Assembly: GCA_963697895.1 (NCBI GenBank)
Contig: OY969100.1
Coordinates: 1,216,001-1,280,000, forward strand
DNA from: an uncultured Methanomicrobiales archaeon
Lineage (GTDB): Archaea; Halobacteriota; Methanomicrobia; Methanomicrobiales; Methanospirillaceae
Length of the DNA stretch: 64,000 nucleotides
Direction: 5' to 3'
Shown here: piece by piece, positions 1 to 8,905 of the stretch
Position numbering within the stretch: the first letter of the stretch is position 1
Layout of the letters: each line of letters opens with the position of its first letter
Program-made: the position numbers and the translations under genes
Notes under the pieces: model-generated
The model's database searches: none
Told to the model about the DNA's origin: nothing
The model's input: only the letters and a program-made list of their open reading frames with translations

Positions 1-1
1 C

Positions 2-145
2 AGGGAGATCGGACAGCAGCCTGAGGTGCTGCGGGTGCTCCGGGATGCCATCCGGGAAAAAGGAACGGTGACTTTTGTCTTTGCGGCGCATGACGAGCGT
101 CACAACAATGCCGTCGCCCTGAAAGAGTTCCTTGAACAGGGATAG
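2..145 (+). CDS. DUF488/YeaO family protein, C-terminal fragment (5' truncated by window)
   Basis: Hand translation of frame 2 gives ...KGTVTFVFAAHDERHNNAVALKEFLEQG*, matching the YeaO/DUF488 C-terminal TLxYAAxDxxHNNAVALKxxL motif. Confidence 0.75.
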   Translation, partial: REIGQQPEVLRVLRDAIREKGTVTFVFAAHDERHNNAVALKEFLEQG

Positions 146-285
146 GTTCAACCCAGGGTATACCCCGATGAGTACAGCATAATCTGCTCTCCTTCCGGAG
201 AAGAAACCTATTTAAGGTAAATGTACCATTGGTCACTAATCATGAGGGAGATAGATCGCAATACCTCGTGGTACGGGAGAAAAAA

Positions 286-3200
286 ATGAACAGTTCACTG
301 CATACAAAAATACTACTTATCAGCATGATTGTTGTTTTATGCGCTTTCGTCTCACCGGCATTGGCGCAGGCAACAGCCCTGACCGCTTCGGCCACTCCAA
401 CGAACGTTGCGGTTGGTCAGACGTTTGTTATCGATGGATTTTTAACCAACGCGACAACAGGAACCGGCTTGACCACCGAATTTGTTACGGTTGTGGTATC
501 GGCTGACGGGGGGGTAACCTTCGTTCCGGCGGTCACGACGACTACGTTCACCGGCGGGGAATATCGGGCCACCCAGTCCCAGGCGATACCCGGGACATAC
601 ATTTACGGTACGATCTATCAGGGATCGCTCAGTAATGACCCGGCAGTGAGTAACGGTGTTGCCGTTACCGTCGGGGCTCCAACCCGGGACGCCACGAGCC
701 TCACGATCACCGCCACCCCGTCCAATCCGGCCGAGGGTGCGACATTCGTCCTCTCAGGCATCCTGATGGACCTGACCACCGGAACGGGGCTTTCAGGGCA
801 GTTTGTTTCGGTCGAGGTCTCGAAGGATGACGGCGCTACCTGGAACCTGGCATCTACTACCGCCACCTTTGCCGGCGGAGCGTACAACGTGAACCAGGCA
901 CAGGGTACCGCAGGGAACTATCTTTACCGGGCAAACTTTGCGGGAACGACCGACTTCGCGCCAATCATCAGTGATCCCCTGCTCGTGGTTGTCGGAGCCC
1001 CGCCGGGACCTGATCCTACAAGCATCTCGATCACCGCAACTCCCGCCAACCCGGCCGAGGGTGTGACATTCGTCCTCTCCGGTGCCTTGATGGATCTATC
1101 CACCGGCACAGGGCTGGCCGGACAGTTTGTCTCGGTCGAGGTCTCGACGAATAACGGAACCACCTGGAACCTGGCGTCCACGACCACCACCTTTACCGGG
1201 GGCGCGTACGCGGTGAACCAGGCGCAGAACGCCGCAGGAAACTATCTTTACCGGGCAAACTATGCAGGAACTACGGACTTTGCTGCAGTAATCAGTGATC
1301 CCCTGCTCGTGGTTGTCGGAGCCCCGCCGGGACCTGATCCTACAAGCATCTCGATCACCGCAACTCCCGCCAACCCGGCTGAGGGTGCGGCATTCGTCCT
1401 CTCCGGCACCCTGACTGACCTGACCACCGGTACGGGACTGCCCGGCCAGTTTGTTTCGGTCGAAGTCTCTACGAATAATGGCACCACCTGGAACCTGGCA
1501 TCCACGACCACCACCTTTACCGGGGGCGCGTACGCGGTGAACCAGGCGCAGAACGCCGCAGGAAACTATCTCTACCGGGCAAACTATGCAGGAACTACGG
1601 ACTTTGCTGCAGTAGTCAGTGACCCCCTGCTCGTGGTTGTCGGTGCGCCTCCCGGACCAGATCCGACCTCGATTACGATCACCTCTACACCGTCGAATCC
1701 CGCTGAGGGCGCAACCTTTGTCCTCGACGGGTTCTTGATGGATACTGCAACCGGTACAGGACTGGCCGGACAGTTCGTCTCGGTCGAGGTCTCCACGAAC
1801 AATGGCACAACCTGGAACCTGGCGGAGACCACCACTACTTTCACGGGTGGAGAGTACGCCGTTGACCAGGCACAGGCTGCCGCAGGAAACTATCTTTACC
1901 GCGCAAACTTTGCGGGAACTACGGACTTTGCCACGGTAATCAGCGACCCGCTGCTCGTTGTTGTCGGGGCACCTCCCGGACCAGATCCCACCACGATCAC
2001 GATCACATCGACGCCAACGAACCCTGCTGAGGGAGCGACCTTCGTCCTCGACGGCTTCCTGACCGACCTGACCACGGGAGCAGGGTTAGCCGGCCAGTTT
2101 GTTTCGGTCGAAGTCTCTACGAATAATGGCACCACCTGGAACCTGGCATCCACGACCACCACCTTTACCGGGGGCGCGTACGCGGTGAACCAGGCGCAGA
2201 ACGCCGCAGGAAACTACCTATACCGGGCAAACTATGCAGGAACTACGGACTTTGCTGCAGTGATCAGTGATCCCCTGCTCGTTGTTGTCGGGGCACCTCC
2301 CGGACCAGATCCGACCTCGATTACGATCACCTCTACACCGTCGAACCCTGCTGAGGGTGCTACATTCGTCCTCGATGGGTTCCTGACCGACCTGACCACG
2401 GGAGCAGGGTTAGCCGGTCAGTTTGTTTCGGTCGAGGTTTCCGCAAATAACGGGACCACCTGGAACCTGGCGGAGACCACCACTACTTTCACGGGTGGAG
2501 AGTACGCCGTTGACCAGGCACAGGCCGCCGCAGGAAACTATCTTTACCGCGCAAACTTTGCGGGAACTACGGACTTTGCCGCGGTAATCAGCGACCCGCT
2601 GCTCGTTGTTGTCGGGGCACCTCCCGGACCAGATCCGACCTCGATTACGATCACCTCTACACCGTCGAACCCTGCTGAGGGTGCTACATTTGTCCTCGAT
2701 GGGTTCCTGACCGACCTGACCACAGGAGCTGGCTTGGCCGGACAGTTTGTTTCGGTCGAGGTTTCCGCAAATAACGGGACCACCTGGAACCTGGCGGAGA
2801 CCACCACTACTTTCACGGGTGGAGAGTACGCCGTTGACCAGGCACAGGCCGCCGCAGGAAACTATCTTTACCGGGCGAATTATGCGGGAACAACCGACTT
2901 CGCGGCGGTGATCAGCGACCCGCTGCTCGTTGTTGTCGGAGCACCTCCCGGACCAGATCCCACCACGATCACGATCACATCGACGCCAACGAACCCTGCT
3001 GAGGGAGCGACCTTCGTCCTCGATGGGTTCCTGACCGACCTGACCACAGGAGCTGGCTTGGCCGGACAGTTCGTCTCGGTTGAGGTCTCTACAAATAACG
3101 GAACCACCTGGAACCTGGCATCCACTACCTCCACCTTTACTGGTGGTGAGTATACTGTGAACCAGGCACAGGCTGCCGCAGGAAACTATCTTTACCGCGC

Positions 3201-4509
3201 AAACTTTGCGGGAACTACGGACTTTGCCGCGGTAATCAGCGACCCGCTGCTCGTTGTTGTCGGGGCACCTCCCGGACCAGATCCGACCTCGATTACGATC
3301 ACATCGACACCGTCGAACCCTGCTGAGGGAGCGACCTTCGTCCTCGACGGCTTCCTGACCGACCTGACCACAGGAGCTGGCTTGGCCGGACAGTTCGTCT
3401 CGGTTGAGGTTTCTACAAATAATGGAACCACCTGGAACCTGGCATCCACTACCTCCACCTTTACTGGTGGTGAGTATACTGTGAACCAGGCACAGGCCGC
3501 CGCAGGAAACTATCTTTACCGCGCAAATTATGCAGGAACTACGGACTTTGCTGCAGTGATCAGTGACCCGCTGCTCGTTGTTGTCGGTGCGCCTCCCGGA
3601 CCAGATCCGACCTCGATTACGATCACATCGACACCGTCGAACCCCGCTGAGGGTGCTACCTTCGTCCTCGACGGCTTCCTGACCGACCTGACCACGGGAG
3701 CTGGCTTGGCCGGACAGTTCGTCTCGGTCGAAGTTTCTACAAATAACGGAACCACCTGGAACCTGGCATCTAGTACAACTACATTCACCGGTGGAGAATA
3801 CACCGTGAACCAGGCACAGGCCGCCGCAGGAAACTATCTTTACCGGGCGAACTATGCGGGAACAACCGACTTCGCGCCGGTAATCAGCGATCCGGTGACG
3901 GTCACGGTCGGGGCACCCCCCGGGCCCGATCCCACAGCGATCAACATTACCGCAACACCAACAAACCCGGCTACGGGTGCGACATTCGTTATCGATGGCT
4001 TCCTGACTGATACCGCAACCGGATCCGGAATCGCTGATCAGTTCGTCTCGGTCGAAGTTTCGATCGATAACGGAACCACCTGGAACCTGGCATCCAGTAC
4101 CACCACCTTCACCGGCGGAGAGTATACCGTGAACCAGGCACAGGCAACTGCGGACACTTACCTTTACCGGGCGAACTATGCGGGAACAACAGACTTCGCT
4201 CCGGTAATCAGCGATCCGGTTACGGTCACGGTCGGGGCGGCATCTGCGTTAGTGGCAGTCTCACCGAATTCCGCAGGATTAGTCTCAAGCCCAGCAGTAT
4301 CACCAGGCATTCAGCAGGTAATATCCTCCCCGTCTCTAGTGACACCGGCAGGTCTCCTCTATGGTCCCGGAGACCTCCCCGTCATTCAGCCGGTAATCGT
4401 TCAGCCGGTATATTCCCCGCAGGCCCCGTTGACCCCGACCAATATCCTCTATAATTCAGCCGCTCCACAGACTGTTCCGATAGTCACCGGATCGTATCTG
4501 AGTTATTAG
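286..4509 (+). CDS. Large secreted/surface protein with 12 tandem ~108-aa Ig-like (Big-type) repeats
   Basis: Signal peptide MNSSLHTKILLISMIVVLCAFVSPALAQ; Thr/Gly/Ala-rich beta-strand repeats ending YLYRANxAGTTDFxxVISDPLLVVVG; TATA-like TATTTAAG at ~209; ATG at 286 preferred to TTG at 229. Confidence 0.85.
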   Translation: MNSSLHTKILLISMIVVLCAFVSPALAQATALTASATPTNVAVGQTFVIDGFLTNATTGTGLTTEFVTVVVSADGGVTFVPAVTTTTFTGGEYRATQSQAIPGTYIYGTIYQGSLSNDPAVSNGVAVTVGAPTRDATSLTITATPSNPAEGATFVLSGILMDLTTGTGLSGQFVSVEVSKDDGATWNLASTTATFAGGAYNVNQAQGTAGNYLYRANFAGTTDFAPIISDPLLVVVGAPPGPDPTSISITATPANPAEGVTFVLSGALMDLSTGTGLAGQFVSVEVSTNNGTTWNLASTTTTFTGGAYAVNQAQNAAGNYLYRANYAGTTDFAAVISDPLLVVVGAPPGPDPTSISITATPANPAEGAAFVLSGTLTDLTTGTGLPGQFVSVEVSTNNGTTWNLASTTTTFTGGAYAVNQAQNAAGNYLYRANYAGTTDFAAVVSDPLLVVVGAPPGPDPTSITITSTPSNPAEGATFVLDGFLMDTATGTGLAGQFVSVEVSTNNGTTWNLAETTTTFTGGEYAVDQAQAAAGNYLYRANFAGTTDFATVISDPLLVVVGAPPGPDPTTITITSTPTNPAEGATFVLDGFLTDLTTGAGLAGQFVSVEVSTNNGTTWNLASTTTTFTGGAYAVNQAQNAAGNYLYRANYAGTTDFAAVISDPLLVVVGAPPGPDPTSITITSTPSNPAEGATFVLDGFLTDLTTGAGLAGQFVSVEVSANNGTTWNLAETTTTFTGGEYAVDQAQAAAGNYLYRANFAGTTDFAAVISDPLLVVVGAPPGPDPTSITITSTPSNPAEGATFVLDGFLTDLTTGAGLAGQFVSVEVSANNGTTWNLAETTTTFTGGEYAVDQAQAAAGNYLYRANYAGTTDFAAVISDPLLVVVGAPPGPDPTTITITSTPTNPAEGATFVLDGFLTDLTTGAGLAGQFVSVEVSTNNGTTWNLASTTSTFTGGEYTVNQAQAAAGNYLYRANFAGTTDFAAVISDPLLVVVGAPPGPDPTSITITSTPSNPAEGATFVLDGFLTDLTTGAGLAGQFVSVEVSTNNGTTWNLASTTSTFTGGEYTVNQAQAAAGNYLYRANYAGTTDFAAVISDPLLVVVGAPPGPDPTSITITSTPSNPAEGATFVLDGFLTDLTTGAGLAGQFVSVEVSTNNGTTWNLASSTTTFTGGEYTVNQAQAAAGNYLYRANYAGTTDFAPVISDPVTVTVGAPPGPDPTAINITATPTNPATGATFVIDGFLTDTATGSGIADQFVSVEVSIDNGTTWNLASSTTTFTGGEYTVNQAQATADTYLYRANYAGTTDFAPVISDPVTVTVGAASALVAVSPNSAGLVSSPAVSPGIQQVISSPSLVTPAGLLYGPGDLPVIQPVIVQPVYSPQAPLTPTNILYNSAAPQTVPIVTGSYLSY
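680..4240 (+). repeat. Intragenic 324-bp tandem repeat (11 close copies, plus one diverged first domain upstream)
   Basis: GA(T/C)CC..TGCTCGT.GTTGTCGG recurs at ~973, 1297, 1621, 1945, 2269, 2593, 2917, 3241 and 3565, with variants at 3889 and 4213. Confidence 0.95.
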
Positions 4510-4625
4510 TATCCATCCCCCCTTTTTTTTACCTGCTGCTCTGTGGTGGAACTAACAGGAGACAGAGATTTATATGCATCCCCGCCTTGATCGGGGATAT
4601 CGAACAACTAGTGGAGATGAATATA

Positions 4626-5198
4626 ATGAAAATTTCGATCGGACCGAAAACGTCCCTGTACCCGGATCCGGTATTAATCGTGGGAACGTATGATCGCGAA
4701 GGGAACCCGAACGCCATGACGGCTGCGTGGGGAGGAATCTGCTGTTCAAACCCTCCCTGCATTGCGGTCTCCGTGCAGCCACCCCGCCATTCCTTCACGG
4801 CGCTGATGGAACAAAAATCATTCACGGTCAGTATCCCCTCGACAAAATACGTCAAAGAGGTGGATTATCTCGGGGTCACGTCCGGGAAGAATACGAATAA
4901 GTTCGCTGATACCGGCCTCACGCCGGTGAGAAGCGAACTCGTGAATGCACCCTATGTCGGCGAATTTCCCGTCGTCCTCGAATGCGATGTCATCAGGATC
5001 TTCGATCTGGGGATGCATACCCAGTTCATCGGGGAGATCATCGACGTCAAAGTCGACGAGGGTGTCATGGGACCTGATGGGAAGCCTGATGTCCAGAAGA
5101 TCCAGCCGTTCTGTTACGATCACCTGAGACAGGAATATTATGGGATCGGAAAGGTGGTCGGAAAAGCTTTTTCAGACGGGAGGACGCTCAAAAAATAG
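4626..5198 (+). CDS. Flavin reductase family protein (flavoredoxin-like)
   Basis: YPDPVLIVGTYD...NAMTAAWGG...LECDV...HTQFIGEI motifs. Confidence 0.85.
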   Translation: MKISIGPKTSLYPDPVLIVGTYDREGNPNAMTAAWGGICCSNPPCIAVSVQPPRHSFTALMEQKSFTVSIPSTKYVKEVDYLGVTSGKNTNKFADTGLTPVRSELVNAPYVGEFPVVLECDVIRIFDLGMHTQFIGEIIDVKVDEGVMGPDGKPDVQKIQPFCYDHLRQEYYGIGKVVGKAFSDGRTLKK

Positions 5199-5274
5199 GT
5201 AATATAAGCCGATATATCTGAATATTCCCTTTATTCCGGATAGAGAATCCAATCTGAGTTGGGAGAACAGGAGG

Positions 5275-6210
5275 TCAGCAATTCTCCGCACCAGCGAATC
5301 CCCGGTGCAAACCCTCCTTCTTCGCACATTCTATCGCGTACCGGTATTCAGCGGTCGAGACAGCCCGCTGCATGCGCATGTAGAGCGGATGCTCCGGTTC
5401 TTCGAGGATGTGCCAGACCGGCCGGTATTGCGCCATGATATTGACATAGCTCTCCCGGGAGATTTCCCGGGCGATGAACGCCATGACGAGTTCGCTGTTC
5501 GCAAGGTCGTCCGGCAGGACCAGGTGCCGGATGATCAGTCCCCGGACCGCAATGCCGTCCTGGCATACGAGATCCCCAGCCTGCCGGTGCATCTCCCGGA
5601 GGGCGTCCTTCATGACGCCCGGATAGTCGGGGATCCCCGAGAGTACGAGGCCGACCTCGTCCCGGCCGTATTTCGTGTCCGGCATATAGATGTCGACGAT
5701 CCCGTTGAGGAGGGCAAGGGTACCTGCGGTGTCATATGTCCCGGTGTTGTACACCAGCGGGATCGCAAGCCCCCGGGACGCGGCGATCTCCGTTGCCGCG
5801 ATGATCTGGGGCACCACGTGGGTCGGAGAGACCATGTTGATGTTATGGCATCCCATATCCTGCAGGTCGAGCATTATTCCGGCCAGCTCCTCGATGCCGA
5901 CCTCCCGGCCGCATCCCTGCTGGCTTATCTCGTAGTTCTGGCAAAAGGCACAACGGAGGTTGCAGTGGGTAAAAAATATCGTGCCGGAACCGCACCTGCC
6001 GACCAGCGGAGGTTCTTCCCCGAAGTGCGGGCCGAAACTCGATATCATCGGCAACCTCCCCGTCCGGCAGAAGCCCCGCTCGCCCGCGTTCCGGTCTACC
6101 CCGCATTGCCGGGGGCATATCGTGCAGGAGGAGAGAATTTGTTCCGCCTTCTTCACCCTCTCCTGGAGTTCGCCCGTCCGGTGCAGGCCGATATAGGACG
6201 GCGATGACAT
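5275..6210 (-). CDS. Radical SAM protein, PflX-like
   Basis: CTICPRQCGVDR, HFGEEPPL, GSGTIFFTHCNLRCAFCQN (CxxxCxxC), YMPDTKY and IIRHLVLP motifs; alternative GTG start at 6270 overlaps the upstream stop. Confidence 0.85.
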   Translation of the reverse strand: MSSPSYIGLHRTGELQERVKKAEQILSSCTICPRQCGVDRNAGERGFCRTGRLPMISSFGPHFGEEPPLVGRCGSGTIFFTHCNLRCAFCQNYEISQQGCGREVGIEELAGIMLDLQDMGCHNINMVSPTHVVPQIIAATEIAASRGLAIPLVYNTGTYDTAGTLALLNGIVDIYMPDTKYGRDEVGLVLSGIPDYPGVMKDALREMHRQAGDLVCQDGIAVRGLIIRHLVLPDDLANSELVMAFIAREISRESYVNIMAQYRPVWHILEEPEHPLYMRMQRAVSTAEYRYAIECAKKEGLHRGFAGAENC

Positions 6211-6266
6211 AGACAGAGATCTCTCTTTCCATGAGAAGATGTTTCCTCCTCCGGGGAATTCCCTTC

Positions 6267-7121
6267 TCACACCCTTATGAACAGAAAATCCCCGTCACAC
6301 CGGATGAACCCTTCTCCCACCAGGGCTCCGATGATCCGTTCCAGTCTCTCCCGTTCGCACCCGATCCTGCGATCCAGATCCGGAACGGGGATACCGGGTT
6401 CGGCCAGAACGATTCTGATTATCTCTCCCCTGATACGCCTGTCGGAACCCGCGAAAGGGGGTTGGCGCTGGTAATGGCGGCTCCTCCGGTTTGGATTTGG
6501 TACCGATCTCTTGAGATACGACCCGTAGTCCATCAGGGCATAATACCATTCCCGCGGGTTTTCCCGGTCAAGGGTCTCCCCAACAAGAGGCAGGATCTCA
6601 GTGTCGTGCACCTCTTCCCGGTCCGGGAAGAAACAGTGGATGAAGACCCGTCGGATATTGGTCTCGATGAAGACGACCGGCCGGTCATACGCGAATGCGA
6701 CGATAGAACCGGCGGTTGCTCTCCCGATCCCCGGGAGTCTCCCGAGAACTTCCGGATCGTCGGGAAGCATCCCGGCGTATTCCATGACTATGATCCGGGC
6801 GATCTCCTTTAAGAATTTTGCACGGCGATTATATCCCATTCCCTGCCAGAACCGCAGTATCTCCGGAAACGGCGCCGAGGCAAGGCTCCCGAAATCCGGA
6901 AACGCATGGATGAACCCGGGATATTTCACCATGACCCGTTCGACCTGCGTCTGCTGGAGCATGATCTCTGAAACGAGAACCGCATAGGGGTCTTTCTGAT
7001 TCCGCCAGGGCATCTCCCGACGGTGCTTCCGGTGGAACCGGTACAACTGCTCCCTGAACCGGTCGATCCGTCCGGGTGAGAGGAGATTGTTCGTCACGAT
7101 ATCAACTCGATCTCCGGCCAA
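6267..7121 (-). CDS. mutY: A/G-specific adenine glycosylase MutY-like (HhH-GPD), lacking Fe-S cluster cysteines
   Basis: MPWR..DPYAVLVSEIMLQQTQV, WQGMGYNRRA, LPGIGRATAG and ETNIRRV motifs. Confidence 0.8.
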   Translation of the reverse strand: MAGDRVDIVTNNLLSPGRIDRFREQLYRFHRKHRREMPWRNQKDPYAVLVSEIMLQQTQVERVMVKYPGFIHAFPDFGSLASAPFPEILRFWQGMGYNRRAKFLKEIARIIVMEYAGMLPDDPEVLGRLPGIGRATAGSIVAFAYDRPVVFIETNIRRVFIHCFFPDREEVHDTEILPLVGETLDRENPREWYYALMDYGSYLKRSVPNPNRRSRHYQRQPPFAGSDRRIRGEIIRIVLAEPGIPVPDLDRRIGCERERLERIIGALVGEGFIRCDGDFLFIRV

Positions 7122-7205
7122 TGCAGAAATACCGGACGGATGGGATTCATACCGCAGATCTCTTCAGGACCTTCCGGCTCGGACCGTCATCTCGCTGAAA
7201 AGAAG

Positions 7206-7610
7206 TTAAATAAGTTTCTTTCCCGCATTGCCGCCCGGCATGCACTCGAAGACATCGGTTATTTTCACGACGATCAGGGATCTTGCCGGCAGTGCAGGGT
7301 TTTTCTTGTTGATCTTCGCCTTCATCTCGTCGTATTCCTTCCCCTTCGTGGAGATGGTGGTTGCCCCTTTGATCTGGTAGCATCCCTTGATCTCCGGGCC
7401 CCAGAGGTACAGGGAAATCTTCGGGTTCTCTTTCAGATTGTCCATGGTCTTTTTCATGAAGTTATCCGTGATCCAGATCGTATCGTCATGAACCAGTTCG
7501 ACGATCCCGAGAGGGATCACGTTCGGCGTCCCGTCCTTCGATGCGGTTGCGACCGGAAATATCTTCATCTTTTTGAATGCCTCTTTCATCTCTTCGTTCA
7601 GTTTCACCAT
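7206..7610 (-). CDS. Pyridoxamine 5'-phosphate oxidase-like FMN-binding protein
   Basis: VATASKDGTPNV, DNFMKKTMDNLKENPKI and C-terminal PGGNAGKKL motifs. Confidence 0.85.
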   Translation of the reverse strand: MVKLNEEMKEAFKKMKIFPVATASKDGTPNVIPLGIVELVHDDTIWITDNFMKKTMDNLKENPKISLYLWGPEIKGCYQIKGATTISTKGKEYDEMKAKINKKNPALPARSLIVVKITDVFECMPGGNAGKKLI

Positions 7611-7738
7611 GCGGAGTTCACCGGGGTATCATCAGATATTCATTCTTATATACCTTGGTGTCCGGGGTAAATCCCCGGTATATCCAGGAATATGGGAAGA
7701 GGGAATGTCCCTGAAAAGATCCATTCCGGATTGAACGG

Positions 7739-7759
7739 GAAGGGGGAATGTCCCCCTTC
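7739..7759 (-). terminator. Hairpin just downstream of the 7764..8261 stop
   Basis: GAAGGGGG-AATGT-CCCCCTTC perfect 8-bp inverted repeat. Confidence 0.35.
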
Positions 7760-7763
7760 AGTG

Positions 7764-8261
7764 TTAATAATAGGGATTGAATGAGTAGAGGGGAATCTGC
7801 GGCGTTGCAATATACGGGATATTGAATACGGGTGGGGCATAGGAGATGCCGGTAAAGATGTCGACCGGTGATACCGGGTCCGAAACCAGGTATTGCGGCT
7901 GCATGATGCTTTGATCATTTAAGGTCCATGACGGTCCCTCGGTATTCCAGTGCCGGTAATCCCAGCTCGTCGATTCATTTCCCCTCGTCATGTCGAAGAG
8001 CGTGTGAGCGGTATAGTCGTCCAGGTTTTCAAAGGTCTTCGACTGTTTCCATTCGTACGTCTTCGCCGAGTCCCCGGTCCCTTCGGACCAGATAAGACTG
8101 ACAGTCTCATTTACGACGGCATCGCCCGATATCATCGAATTTATCTTCACGTGGGCATTGTCAATCGGAACATTGGGGGATGCCAGAGCGGGAATGGACA
8201 GGATAGCCCCGATAAAAAGCGCCGTGACCATCATGAATGTGGATATTTTCAATGCTATCAC
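7764..8261 (-). CDS. Hypothetical secreted protein with Pro/Tyr-rich C-terminus
   Basis: Signal peptide (..LFIGAILSIPALA-S); NET/NES sequons; no family recognised. Confidence 0.6.
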   Translation of the reverse strand: MIALKISTFMMVTALFIGAILSIPALASPNVPIDNAHVKINSMISGDAVVNETVSLIWSEGTGDSAKTYEWKQSKTFENLDDYTAHTLFDMTRGNESTSWDYRHWNTEGPSWTLNDQSIMQPQYLVSDPVSPVDIFTGISYAPPVFNIPYIATPQIPLYSFNPYY

Positions 8262-8549
8262 CTCTCGGTATCCGGCTCTCGGAGCCGCATGAGCAGTACT
8301 CAGCGGGAACGGTTAAAGGGCTTCTGGTTACAGAACCGGGCGGTTATAGGGATTTCCTTTCCGGTACAATGCACCTATGCTCCTGAACGGTACTCCGGTT
8401 AAGACGCGCTCCCCCTTCCCGAAAAACCGGTCTTTGTCCAAGGGAAACTTGCAGTTGGGAAATTATGATGCCCGGCGCTTGCACGAAAGGAATAAAAAGG
8501 GATGTTGTTCCTCCGGTACATTCACTCCCATCTTCACCGGGCGGCTTCA

Positions 8550-8870
8550 TCATAGACTCTTCTTCACAAGGGGCAGTATTGGAGAGAGACCCCCTTTTTC
8601 CGGGAGGAGGACCTGCACCCATGCAGCAACGATTCCACCATGCCCGGTGACCGGAACCGTGCGGAAATGCTTTGCGACCTCTTCACGGTCGGTCTCCGTC
8701 AATTTCGTCAGGATGATCCCGCCGGTGACCAGGAGTGCGAAGACCCTCCCGTTCACGATATACCCAGGGAGACCGAAAATTGCCTTCGTGGTCACTCCGG
8801 GCCACCGGAAGATCTCTCGCTCCAGAGAAATACGGATCGCGTGCATCGCCTCTTCGGAATACGTATCCAT
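8550..8870 (-). CDS. TfoX N-terminal/luciferase-like small protein (true end possibly ~8534 after a 1-nt frameshift)
   Basis: WPGVTTKAIFGLPGYIVNGRVFA resembles the TfoX-N KxMFGxxGxxxxGxxFA motif; removing one base near 8556 gives a typical ...KKSYDEAAR* end. Confidence 0.55.
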   Translation of the reverse strand: MDTYSEEAMHAIRISLEREIFRWPGVTTKAIFGLPGYIVNGRVFALLVTGGIILTKLTETDREEVAKHFRTVPVTGHGGIVAAWVQVLLPEKGGLSPILPLVKKSL

Positions 8871-8905
8871 ATGATTCCGGGTAGGTCAACGATGCTTTTA
8901 ATGGT

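Noticed and set aside
417-3803. Series of 60-90-aa minus-strand ORFs repeating every 324 bp
   Set aside because: Antisense shadows of the repeat protein.
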